In this document: one piece after another, positions 33,308 through 43,900 of the stretch
Layout of the letters: each line of letters opens with the position of its first letter
How positions within the stretch are numbered: the first letter of the stretch is position 1
Virus record (IMG/VR): IMGVR_UViG_3300032288_002071
Span: 1-55,715 of that record
Direction: 5' to 3' (one strand)
Length of the DNA stretch: 55,715 nt
Source of the DNA: a virus
Taxonomy: Duplodnaviria; Caudoviricetes
Translations under genes and position numbers: made by a program
Notes under the pieces: model-generated
The model's input: the letters and a program-made list of their open reading frames with translations, nothing else
The model's database searches: none
Told to the model about the DNA's origin: nothing

Positions 33308-35365
33308 ATGGTAGATCGTTTAAGAGTAACCGAACTTGATTTCGATACAATCAAGCAAAATTTAAAGACGTTTTTAAATCAACAATCTGAGTTTACCGAC
33401 TATGATTTTGAAGGATCAGGTCTGTCTGTTCTCTTGGATATTCTTGCTTACAACACCCATTATCAAGCATACTACCTAAACATGGTAGCTAATGAAGCTT
33501 TTATGGACACAGCATTACTTCGTGACTCTGTGGTTTCTCACGCTAAGACTTTAGGATATGTTCCATATTCACGTAAAGCACCACGTGCGACTATTAATTT
33601 TGTAGCTAATACAAATTCAAATACAGCAGCATCACTTACAATACCTAAAGGCTTTCGTTTTCTATCAAACGACATTGATGGTGTAAGTTATGGTTTTGTT
33701 ACTCTGTCAGATACAACTGTAACTAAATCAAATACAAATTATACGTTTTTAAATTTACCAATTTACGAAGGTCAACTGGTAACATATTCTTATAGTTACG
33801 ATCAGTCTACAAATCCAAAACAAGTTTTTGAATTGCCAGATAACAGCGTTGACACGACAACTTTGTATGTTACTGTTCAATCATCGGTAACTAACACTGA
33901 CATTTCTGTTTATACATTAGCTGCAGACGCAAGCAACACAACAACTCAGTCAGAAGTTTTTTATCTTCAAGAAGGTAAGGCACAAAGATACCAAATCTAT
34001 TTTGGTGATAATGTAATTGGTAAAAAACTCTCAGATGGCGCAATCATTAATATAACTTATCTTGTTACAAATGGTGATGCTGCGAACAAAGCAAACAATT
34101 TTGTTGCTACTGGTACGCTTGCTGATACTTTAAGTACCAATCTTACAGACTTTGACATTACACCGGTTAGTGAAGCTGCTGGCGGCGCAGAACGTGAGTC
34201 TGTGGACAATATTAAGTTTGCCGCACCACTTCAATATACAACTCAAAATCGTTTAGTCACATTTAGTGATTACGAAGCATACATTACAAAGAATTATCCT
34301 TCTGTAGATTCTGTATCTGTTTGGGGTGGTGAAGAAGAAACACCTCCATCATTTGGTATTGTATATGTTGCTTTGAAACCAAAAGAAAACTACTATCTGT
34401 CTGACGCAGAAAAACAAAGAATCATTGATGAAATTATTAAACCAAAAGCTGTTGTAGCAGTACAGACAGTAATTCGTGACCCAGAATATCTGTATTTGGT
34501 TATTTCACCTACTGTCACATACAATCCAAATAAAACGACACTTACTGATACACAGTTAAAGAACGCAATTAGAAACTCTATTCTTCTTTATAAATCAACG
34601 TTCTTAGATAAATTTGACTCTCAATTTATTCTTTCCAAGATGCAAGATCAAATCGATTCTGTAGATACCAATTCAATTGTTGGTTCTAGCGTTTCTGTTC
34701 GTGTACAGAAAAGATTTATGCCGTCGTTGAATTCATCTAAAGCGTACACGGTAAACTTTAATGTACCACTTCGTCGTGGTACAATTGGTAATAAACTTAC
34801 TTCAACATTCTTTACTGTTACTGATTCACAAGGTGTTGATCGTGAAGTTCAATTTGATGAAATTCCACAATCATTCTCTGGTATTTCATCAATCAGCGTT
34901 ACAAATCCTGGGCAAAGTTTTGTTACTGAGCCTACAGTGACGATTGATGGAGATGGTACTGGTGCTTCAGCACGTGCGATTATCGTCAACCAAAGAATTC
35001 AAAGTATTGAAATTGTAAATCGTGGCATTGATTATACACGTGCTACTGTTACCATTTCTGGTGGTGGTGGTTTTGGTGCTACAGCATCAGCGGTGATTGA
35101 TGGTCGCATTGGCACAATTCGCACGGTTTACTATGATTCATTAGCTCAACGTCAAGTTGTTGATGAGAATGCTGGTGAGATTGACTATGATGCCGGTATT
35201 GTTACAATCACAAATATCGCAATCAAAGGTGTTCAATCTGTAGATGGCGACATTCGTTTATCTATTGAGTCTGAAAAAGGCATTATAAGTACAACTAAAA
35301 ATACCATCGTCACAATTGACGAAAACGACCCAACAGCAATAAGCACAACACTAGAAACTGTATAA
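33308..35365 (+). CDS. 6: Baseplate wedge gp6
   Basis: ELDFDTIK.NLK, DYDFEGSGL..LLDILAYNT, QNRLVT..DY, VWGGEE. Confidence 0.96.
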   Translation: MVDRLRVTELDFDTIKQNLKTFLNQQSEFTDYDFEGSGLSVLLDILAYNTHYQAYYLNMVANEAFMDTALLRDSVVSHAKTLGYVPYSRKAPRATINFVANTNSNTAASLTIPKGFRFLSNDIDGVSYGFVTLSDTTVTKSNTNYTFLNLPIYEGQLVTYSYSYDQSTNPKQVFELPDNSVDTTTLYVTVQSSVTNTDISVYTLAADASNTTTQSEVFYLQEGKAQRYQIYFGDNVIGKKLSDGAIINITYLVTNGDAANKANNFVATGTLADTLSTNLTDFDITPVSEAAGGAERESVDNIKFAAPLQYTTQNRLVTFSDYEAYITKNYPSVDSVSVWGGEEETPPSFGIVYVALKPKENYYLSDAEKQRIIDEIIKPKAVVAVQTVIRDPEYLYLVISPTVTYNPNKTTLTDTQLKNAIRNSILLYKSTFLDKFDSQFILSKMQDQIDSVDTNSIVGSSVSVRVQKRFMPSLNSSKAYTVNFNVPLRRGTIGNKLTSTFFTVTDSQGVDREVQFDEIPQSFSGISSISVTNPGQSFVTEPTVTIDGDGTGASARAIIVNQRIQSIEIVNRGIDYTRATVTISGGGGFGATASAVIDGRIGTIRTVYYDSLAQRQVVDENAGEIDYDAGIVTITNIAIKGVQSVDGDIRLSIESEKGIISTTKNTIVTIDENDPTAISTTLETV

Positions 35366-38300
35366 TGTCATTCGAAGATTTAAAAACATCTATACTTGTC
35401 AATAGACAGTTACCAGAATTTATTCGTGATGAATATCCAAAGTTCATCACGTTTCTGGAAGCATACTATGAGTTCTTAGAAGCACAAGCTAATACAGCAG
35501 TAACATCAAACAATCTTGTAACGACTGCTAAATCGTTACGTTATATCAGTGACGTTGATGAGTCTATTGATGATTTTGAAAAGAACTTTTATAATACATA
35601 CGCTGCGATTGTTCCGTTAGATGTTCAAGCTAACAAAGCACTTTTATTTAAACAGTTATTACCACTTTACAGAACAAAAGGTAGTGAGAACTCATTCAAG
35701 TTATTATTTCAATTAGTTTTTGGTGAGGACATCGACGTTATTCTACCGAAGAATAATGTTCTAAGAGCATCAGCAAGTAATTGGCAAGTTGATAATAAGC
35801 TTAGAATTAACCCTGATATTTCGAGTAATTATATCGGAAACGGGACAACAAAAACATTTTATCTGGCACAACAAGTTGGCACAGATGAAGTAAGTATATT
35901 TGTAAATGGAGTTTTAAAGTCTGCTGGCATAGATTATTTTATTAATAAAGAGTATCGTCAACTAAACTTTGTTTCTGCTCCAGCAAACGGAGCAACAATA
36001 CAAGCGACTTATGATAACTTCAACATCGCTTTGTTGAACAATCGTAAAGTTACAGGTATCACATCAAAAGCATCTGCTATCATTGAATCAGCAAGTCGAA
36101 GAATTATTTCTGACACGTTAAATCTTGGTTTACCAGTTGAACTTCTTATTAATGAAGAGTCTCTTAATGGTTCTTTTTTGAATGGTGAAACTGTAACGAT
36201 ACCAATTAACGATGAAATTAACAATATTAGTATTGATGTTCGTGCGTCAACGTTCTCAATTGTTCGTCGTTTAAATGTTGTAAATGCCGGTAACAACTAT
36301 AGTATTGGTGATATCGTTTCTGTGTTTGGTGGTAATGCTTCAACAAACGCATTTGGTACGGTTGAAAGAGTTGTTACTGGTGAAATTGATACTGTAGATG
36401 TTAGTCATGGTGGTGCGTTATTTACTGTTTCTTCTCCTATAGGTGTTAGTGGAAACAATCCATTTTCTACCATGACGGTTGTTGTGGATGCGATTGATAC
36501 TTCTGGAGCAAACGCTGCTAATTCATTTACGGTATCACCAGATGTTATTTCCAACTTAAATACTGAAATAGCCATTACAAATTCAAATTGGGGATCAGCA
36601 TTTTCCAAAGCAAACATAAGCGCATCAAATACAATTGCTGACGCATTAAATTATATCACAATTCAAGCGGGACCAATTAGTAATGTTAAAGTTCTTTCAT
36701 CTACAGTCCCATTAACAGAAAAAAGCATCACTATCTTAGATGCTGCGGGTGCTCAGTATGGTTCAAATACACCTTATCGTTTTTCTAAAAGCTTACGTTC
36801 TGTAGGTCGTTATAGAATTAATTCTGGTGGAACAAACTATAAAATTGGTGATGAAATTGTTTTTGGAACAAATCCACCTGGTACCTATGGGCAACATGCG
36901 GCTGCAACGGTAACTTCTGTAGCAGCGAATGGATATATTTTAAGAATCGATTCGGCTAATTCACGTATTCGTGGTGTTGGAACTGTCACAGCCGCATGTA
37001 ACGAGATCAGTGGCACGGACACATTCTTCACACAAGATTTGAAAATTGGCGATAAAGTTGATATTAATAATGAGTCTAGAACTGTACAAACAATTACAAA
37101 TGATTTGACCGTTGTTGTATCTTCAGTATTTACATACTCAGCATCAAATAAAAAAATTGGGGTATATAATCGTTGGCCATTAGGTGGTTATGGGTATACA
37201 CAAAACAACTTTCCTACAATTAGCGTTTCTTCGTCTACTGGCTCTAATGCAAACGTACAAATTGATTCGTTAATTGGTGATGGTGAATTATTAAGTGCTA
37301 CTGGTTTTGGTGCTAATGGTCAGATTGTTTCCATTAAGGTTGTAAATCCTGGTTCTGGTTACGAATTCAATCCTATCGTAAGTGTGTCGGGTGGTGATGG
37401 TACAGCAACAGCAAATGCTGAAATTGAACGTTCATATGTTTCAGCACCAGGTCGTTGGACAACATCAGATTCCATTATCTCATCTACAGAAAGAAAATTA
37501 CAAGGTGAAGATTATTATGTAGATTATTCATATATTATTTCTTCACAGACAGAGTTCAGTAAATACAAACAGATGTTGAAGCAGCTTTTACATCCTGTTG
37601 GTATGGTAAACTACGCTTTTTTCAACACAGAAAAAGTTGTTGAACTTACAGACGTTGCGATTCAAGATGTAAAAACAAATACTATTTCAGGCACAGTTAA
37701 TGTTGGTAATGGTAGAATTGTTGTTACCGGTTCAAATACAAAATACAATATTGCCAATACACGTGGAATACTTTCATTGGGTTCAACTATTGCTGTAAAT
37801 GGTGAATTGCGTACAATCAATACGATTATAAGCAACACTACATTACTAACAAGCTCTAACATTACAAGTCTAACGATTGCTAATTCTGGTTCTGGTTACT
37901 CAAACGGTTATCTGGTGTTTGCTGATGGTGGTGGTCAAGTAACTCAACTTACAATTACCGCAGCGGGTTCTGGCTATGAAAATGGTTTTGTGACATTCTC
38001 TGGAACAGACGAAGCAATCGCTGCTGTAGCTAATGTAGAAGTCTATGCTTCAAATGGAGCTGTTCGTACATTAACGCTTGTATCTGGTGGTTTGTATTCT
38101 GGTACACCTGTTGCTCTCCCAGATAGTAATCCTCATCGTGTAGTTTATGCGAATACAATTTCTATTATTAATGAAGGTGAAGGATATGCTAATGGTTGGT
38201 TAGTGTTCTCTGGTGGCTCACCATTACGTGATGCGAATGCTGCTGTTGAGGTGTTCCCAAGCAACGGTGCGATTCGTACAATTACTGTTTATGATTCTGG

Positions 38301-39396
38301 TTTGTATCAGTCTAATCCAACAGTCACACCAAATACAAGTCCAAATGTTGTTGTATCTGCTGTTACTGTTGCTAACGTGGGCAATGGACATTCAAACGGT
38401 GTATTAACATTCTCTGGTGGTAATCCAAGTCGTGCTGCTGTTGTGCGTGTGGAAGTTTATCCAGCAAATGGTTCAATTCGTCGTGTGACGATTGTTGATC
38501 CTGGTTTATATTCATCAGCACCAACTGCGGTATTGAATACAACACCATTGTCAATCTCTTCAATCGCAGCTAATACGGCAACTTACAATGGTCGTTTTAT
38601 TGCGAATGGTTATCTAGCATTTTCTGGTGGTAATCCAGTTCGTGATGCGAATGTTTCTTATGAAGTTGGTGCAGCAAACGGTTCAATCGTTAAGTTTACA
38701 ATTAATGATGTTGGTTTGTATCGTTCAGCACCAACAGCTGCACCTAACGTGACTCCGGTATCTGTAACTGAGGCATATCCATCACAACCAGGTTCTGGTT
38801 ATGTCGCTGGATATCTTGTGTTCTCAACAAACCAAGGAACAGCAAATGCTGTAGCAAATGCTTCGGTCACTGTAAATGCTGGTGGTGCTATTTCAGGAAC
38901 CACTATAAATAATGTAGGATTATATGCAAATGGTGCTGATATTATTGTTGTTGGAGTATTGAATCCAGCTACAGGAGCTTTACAGACACCAACTTCAGCA
39001 GCATCCTTCAGAATTGGTTATACAGCAAACACTCTAAATGTTGCGAACCTTGTTGTTACTACGACCGCAAACGGGCAGCAAACTGCCAATGTAACAATTA
39101 CTGCGAATAGTAATACCTACACAAATGCGACATTCTCAGTCGTTGCTGTGTCTAACGTTGAAACTAACGCAGTTATCACTGTAGGATTTACAGGTAGAAA
39201 CACTGCCGCAAATGCGTCTGTTGAAGTATATTCTGGTAATGGAGCGATTCGTAAAGTGACAATTAATAATGGAGGCAGTTATTATTACACTCCAAATGTC
39301 ACTCCTGATTCTGTTGGTTCTGGCGCAATAATTGTTCCAAATCAAACATCATGGTATCAGACAGCAAACGCACAAACAGCAATTATATTCAATTAA
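35365..39396 (+). CDS. 7: Baseplate wedge gp7-like protein with C-terminal repeat array
   Basis: QLPEFIR..YPKF..FLEAYYEF, Y..KGSE.S, Q..YY..YSY.I.S....Y...LK.L.HP.G; between genes 6 and 8. Confidence 0.8.
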   Translation: MSFEDLKTSILVNRQLPEFIRDEYPKFITFLEAYYEFLEAQANTAVTSNNLVTTAKSLRYISDVDESIDDFEKNFYNTYAAIVPLDVQANKALLFKQLLPLYRTKGSENSFKLLFQLVFGEDIDVILPKNNVLRASASNWQVDNKLRINPDISSNYIGNGTTKTFYLAQQVGTDEVSIFVNGVLKSAGIDYFINKEYRQLNFVSAPANGATIQATYDNFNIALLNNRKVTGITSKASAIIESASRRIISDTLNLGLPVELLINEESLNGSFLNGETVTIPINDEINNISIDVRASTFSIVRRLNVVNAGNNYSIGDIVSVFGGNASTNAFGTVERVVTGEIDTVDVSHGGALFTVSSPIGVSGNNPFSTMTVVVDAIDTSGANAANSFTVSPDVISNLNTEIAITNSNWGSAFSKANISASNTIADALNYITIQAGPISNVKVLSSTVPLTEKSITILDAAGAQYGSNTPYRFSKSLRSVGRYRINSGGTNYKIGDEIVFGTNPPGTYGQHAAATVTSVAANGYILRIDSANSRIRGVGTVTAACNEISGTDTFFTQDLKIGDKVDINNESRTVQTITNDLTVVVSSVFTYSASNKKIGVYNRWPLGGYGYTQNNFPTISVSSSTGSNANVQIDSLIGDGELLSATGFGANGQIVSIKVVNPGSGYEFNPIVSVSGGDGTATANAEIERSYVSAPGRWTTSDSIISSTERKLQGEDYYVDYSYIISSQTEFSKYKQMLKQLLHPVGMVNYAFFNTEKVVELTDVAIQDVKTNTISGTVNVGNGRIVVTGSNTKYNIANTRGILSLGSTIAVNGELRTINTIISNTTLLTSSNITSLTIANSGSGYSNGYLVFADGGGQVTQLTITAAGSGYENGFVTFSGTDEAIAAVANVEVYASNGAVRTLTLVSGGLYSGTPVALPDSNPHRVVYANTISIINEGEGYANGWLVFSGGSPLRDANAAVEVFPSNGAIRTITVYDSGLYQSNPTVTPNTSPNVVVSAVTVANVGNGHSNGVLTFSGGNPSRAAVVRVEVYPANGSIRRVTIVDPGLYSSAPTAVLNTTPLSISSIAANTATYNGRFIANGYLAFSGGNPVRDANVSYEVGAANGSIVKFTINDVGLYRSAPTAAPNVTPVSVTEAYPSQPGSGYVAGYLVFSTNQGTANAVANASVTVNAGGAISGTTINNVGLYANGADIIVVGVLNPATGALQTPTSAASFRIGYTANTLNVANLVVTTTANGQQTANVTITANSNTYTNATFSVVAVSNVETNAVITVGFTGRNTAANASVEVYSGNGAIRKVTINNGGSYYYTPNVTPDSVGSGAIIVPNQTSWYQTANAQTAIIFN
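37860..39340 (+). repeat. Degenerate protein-level tandem repeats (mostly about 60-65 aa) in gp7
   Basis: Recurring G.GY.NG.L.FSGG...A.VEV...NG.IR..T....GLY...PT..PN. Confidence 0.8.
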
Positions 39397-39398
39397 GC

Positions 39399-39406
39399 GA
39401 TAAATA
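39399..39406 (+). promoter_or_regulatory. Late-promoter variant
   Basis: GATAAATA 6 nt before the gene 8 ATG. Confidence 0.6.
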
Positions 39407-39412
39407 TAACTT

Positions 39413-40984
39413 ATGACTTCGGTTACATCTAAAAAGATAGCATATACTTCAGCGGTTCAGTTCAAAGAATCTTTCTATGAGCCAAGCCCTGAAGTTGGCT
39501 ACGTCTATATTGGGAATCATTTACCATACGCAAATGAAAGCAGCCCTAGCTCAATTGTAGATTCTGTCAATGATGAAAAGTTGACTTGGGATAATATGAT
39601 AGCTGCTAAAAAGATTACTGGTAATGATGTTGAACTTGTGATACCAAAAATCATATGGACAGCAAATACAAAGTATAAACAGTATGATGACTTGGTTGCC
39701 TTAGACACATTACTTACTGGCAATACTTCACTTAATGTGAAGCCAATGTATGTTTATACATCACAACGTAACGTTTATAAGTGTTTATCTAATAACGCAT
39801 CAGCTAACTCTACTGTAGAACCAACTGGTGATTACACATCTTCAAATGGTAATATCGCAACTTCTGATGGTTACATCTGGAAGTATATGTTTAATGTTAA
39901 ACCATCTAATCGTTTCTTGTCGGACGATTGGATTCCAGTTCCAACAAGCACAAATCAGTTAGATTATAGCGTAGATGATATTGGTGTTGTTGATGGAGAA
40001 TTAACAACGATTGTTGTTACAAATACAGGTTCTGGTTTTTATGAGAATAATGTCGCAGTTGTTCCTATCTTCAGCTCTGGTTGTACAGTTCTTTCATTAG
40101 CAAATACAACGAATGTTGCTGCTAATATGTCTGTGTCTGGCACGGGTATTTCACCAGGTACATTTATTAGCCGTGTCGATGTACCAAACAATAATATCTT
40201 CTTATCAACAGCAACATCAGCATCAGGTGGTGGAAATACAACAGCAAATCAAATTGCTTTAACGACTAGAGTTTATATTGATGGTGATGGCACTGGAGCA
40301 GTCGCAGCAGCAACAATTAATGCTACTGGTTTTCTGACTAAAGTAACAGTCACAACAATTGGTACAGGTTATAGTAGAGCAAATGCTTTTGTATATGGAA
40401 CTGGTTCTAACTCATCTGTTCGAGTAATTCGTGATATGAAATATGGACATGGTTATAATCCAGCACGTGAACTTGGTGCGAATAGTGTTATGGTAACGTC
40501 ACGCATTGGTGAAATTGATTCTACTGAAAATGGAAAAGTGCCTGCCAACACTACGTTCAGACAATATGGTATCTTCGTGAACCCTCATAAATATGGCGAT
40601 GCTAATGTTGTTAGCGCAGCAAATGCTAATTCTGTGGTATCACAAGCAACCGTATTAACATTGATTACTGGTGCATCTTATTCTATAGATGAATTTGCGT
40701 ATCAAGGTTTACCCAACGATACAACTGCCGCAAATACAACAGCACGTGGATTTGTGCTAGATCAAACTTCAAGTCAAGTTAGATTGACGAATGTGATAGG
40801 AACATTTAGAACTGGTATTCCTCTTAGAGGCGCAAGTTCAGGTGTTGATGACCGTCTAATTGTATCTGTACAGAATCCAGAGTTTGAATCGTATAGCGGT
40901 GATATTCTTTACACTGAAAACGCAATAAAAACAACAAGAGCAGAAGGTCAGGCTGAGAACATCAAACTTATTGTTAGATTTTAA
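39413..40984 (+). CDS. 8: Baseplate wedge gp8
   Basis: W..MIAAKKI, W......Y..YDD, VYKCL.N, DGYIWKYMF, GHG.NP..ELG, SGDILY.EN, Q.E.IKLI..F. Confidence 0.92.
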   Translation: MTSVTSKKIAYTSAVQFKESFYEPSPEVGYVYIGNHLPYANESSPSSIVDSVNDEKLTWDNMIAAKKITGNDVELVIPKIIWTANTKYKQYDDLVALDTLLTGNTSLNVKPMYVYTSQRNVYKCLSNNASANSTVEPTGDYTSSNGNIATSDGYIWKYMFNVKPSNRFLSDDWIPVPTSTNQLDYSVDDIGVVDGELTTIVVTNTGSGFYENNVAVVPIFSSGCTVLSLANTTNVAANMSVSGTGISPGTFISRVDVPNNNIFLSTATSASGGGNTTANQIALTTRVYIDGDGTGAVAAATINATGFLTKVTVTTIGTGYSRANAFVYGTGSNSSVRVIRDMKYGHGYNPARELGANSVMVTSRIGEIDSTENGKVPANTTFRQYGIFVNPHKYGDANVVSAANANSVVSQATVLTLITGASYSIDEFAYQGLPNDTTAANTTARGFVLDQTSSQVRLTNVIGTFRTGIPLRGASSGVDDRLIVSVQNPEFESYSGDILYTENAIKTTRAEGQAENIKLIVRF

Positions 40985-40994
40985 AGGTTAATAA

Positions 40995-43900
40995 ATGGCA
41001 ATAACTACAAATTTAAATGTTGATCCGTACTACGACGATTTTAATGAAGATAAGAATTTTTATCGTATTCTGTATAAGCCAGGCTTTGCGGTTCAATCAC
41101 GTGAATTAACTCAGTCACAGTCTATTCTACAAGACCAAATTAAGAAGTTTGGTGACCACGTATTTAAAACAGGCTCTATTGTTTCTGGTGGGCAAATCTT
41201 TGTTCAAAATACCACATATATTAATGTGGCTACAGCATATGGAACATCCGATGTTGATTATGCCGTCTTTGATGGTGAATACATTACCAATGTGGCAGGT
41301 ACAAAGAAGGCATACGTTCTAAAATCATACGCTGCTGACTCAACTGCTGGTCAACCAATCACATTTATTGTTAATCAGCTATATGGTTCCGCTTTTGGTG
41401 TCAACGAAACTATTGTCACTGCTAATACACAAACTGGTGCAGTAAATTATTTTGCTAATGTAGCAGCATCCAATCCTACTGGTAATTCTAAAACATTCTC
41501 TATTAATGATGGTGTTTTTTACTATGAAGGTTTCTTTGTACGCAATGATGCTCAATCTATTGCTTTGTCAAAATATGATCGTAATTCAAATGTAATCGTT
41601 GGTTTTCAAGTAACTGAAGAAATTATTGATTATACCGAAGATACATCGTTACTTGACCCAGCACAGGACGCTTCAAACTTCCAAGCACCTGGTGCAGATC
41701 GTTTTAAGATTTCATTAACTCTAACTACACGTGCTTTAAATAGCACAGACCTATCACAGTTTATTGAGTTAAGTCAATTTGAAGGTGGTATTCAACAAAA
41801 AGTAATTCAAACACCAATTTACTCAACACTAGGTGATGAACTTGCTCGTCGTACATTTGATGAGTCTGGTGATTATCTTGTTCGCCCATTTGATATTGCA
41901 GTAACAGATGCGGCTAATACAGCACGTGCTAACGTTACATTAGGTGCTGGTAAAGCATATGTTCGTGGATATGAATTCCAAACAATTGCACCTACTGTTA
42001 TTTCTTTAGACAAACCAAGAACTACCGACAATGTAAACAATCGTCGTGTAACTGCCGACTTGGGTTACTATGTTTACGCTAATACTATTTACGGTACGTT
42101 CCCAACAAATCAAATTGCCAACGTTGAACTCTATGCAGTTGATGCTGGTTCGCTGGTAAGTATTCAAGCAAACACAGTCAACTTAACAAATGTAAGAGTT
42201 GGTTCAGCTAAAATTAAGATGATTTCTTTTGATTCATCTTCAAATACACAAGATTCAAATACTTACATTTATAAAGCATATCTGACAGATATCAATGTCA
42301 GCACCTTACTTAATACAGCAACAGGTAATGGTTACAATGCTACTGGTGGTAACACAACAACTGTAACATTACCATCTGGCTTTGCTGCAAATAATGGTGT
42401 ATACGTCGGCTCAAAGATTAGAATTGTAGCTGGACCAGGAACAGTTGATGGTTCAAGAACTGTGAAGTTCTATGATGGTTCAACACGTAATTTAACAGTT
42501 GATATTCCATATTCAACAGCAATTACATCAGCATCACAGTTTGCTATTGATTTTGATTTCGGTCAAACAGACTCAATTGCTGTTATGACTGGAGCAGCAG
42601 CAACACGTTCTGTATCAGCAAACGTTCACCCATATTCAAAGAAAGTGATTTATGCTCCAGTCGAGCATGAGGTATCATTTGTATCTGATACTGGTAACGA
42701 ACCTCTTCTGATTAAGATTGGTCAAGACAACGTAGCAGATAATACGATCTCTGATTTTAGTTATTCATATCGTCGTCTATATCAATCTGTTCCATTTACT
42801 TCTGATGTTTCATCACCATTATCTCTTGGCACTGGTGAATCATTATTATCAGCATCTTCTACTGCTACAAAACAACAATATTATACATTGGTTGTAACGT
42901 CAAAAGGGACTGGTGTTTATGATGTTGGAACAATTGTACCAGCAAGCGTAATCTCAGTAGACACTGCCGCACGTACAATTTCGGTAACTGCCGGTGGTTC
43001 AATGACGGCTAATATCTACGCTGGTATTAGTGTGTCTAATCCAACATCAAAAACAAAAACATTTATTCGTGCTAATACAAAACTTGCTGCTAATGGAACT
43101 GGTGTAACAACATCAAATAATGTATTTGGTAATGGTGCGATTATTGTTTCATCACCAGATGGTCAGACAATCATTAATGCAAACACAATTTTGGTAAGAA
43201 CACCTGGTGTTGACCAGTCATTGTTTGTTTCTGATGTTCATTCTATTAATGCTATTTTTGATTTTAATGGGACACCAATTACAACTACATCATACGATGC
43301 TGGTTCATATTCAAACGTAACATCATATTATACTCTAGTGACTGGTCAGAAAGACTCTTACTATGATTGGGGTGCAATTCGTCTGAAGCCTGGTTATCCA
43401 GCGCCAAAAGGTCCTCTGCTTGTTCGTTACAACAGATTCATTTCATCGGGCACTGGTTACTTTGATGTTGATTCATATACACGTTTAGGACCAGGTAACC
43501 TTGACTATGCTGAGATTCCTAGTTTTGTAACACAAGACGGTTCTGCGTCACCATTAAGTGATTACTTAGATTTCCGTCCGGTTCGTCTGGATGCAACCTC
43601 AACTATAACTGCTAACGGTTATTATTTTGATGTTGAAGAACGTGGCGCTGGTCCAAAAATTGTTGAAACAGGTACAGATTTAATTCTTGATTACAGCTAT
43701 TATCTACCACGTATTGATCGTGTTGTTCTAAACAAGAATGGATCGTTTGAAGTTATTGAAGGCATTCCGTCACTGACACCAAGTGAACCAAATGAGCCAG
43801 CAGATGCTATGACGCTGTACATTTTAGATTATCCAGCATATCTTGGTTTTGCATCCGAAACAAATATCAAAACGTTTAAGAACAAACGTTACACAATGAA

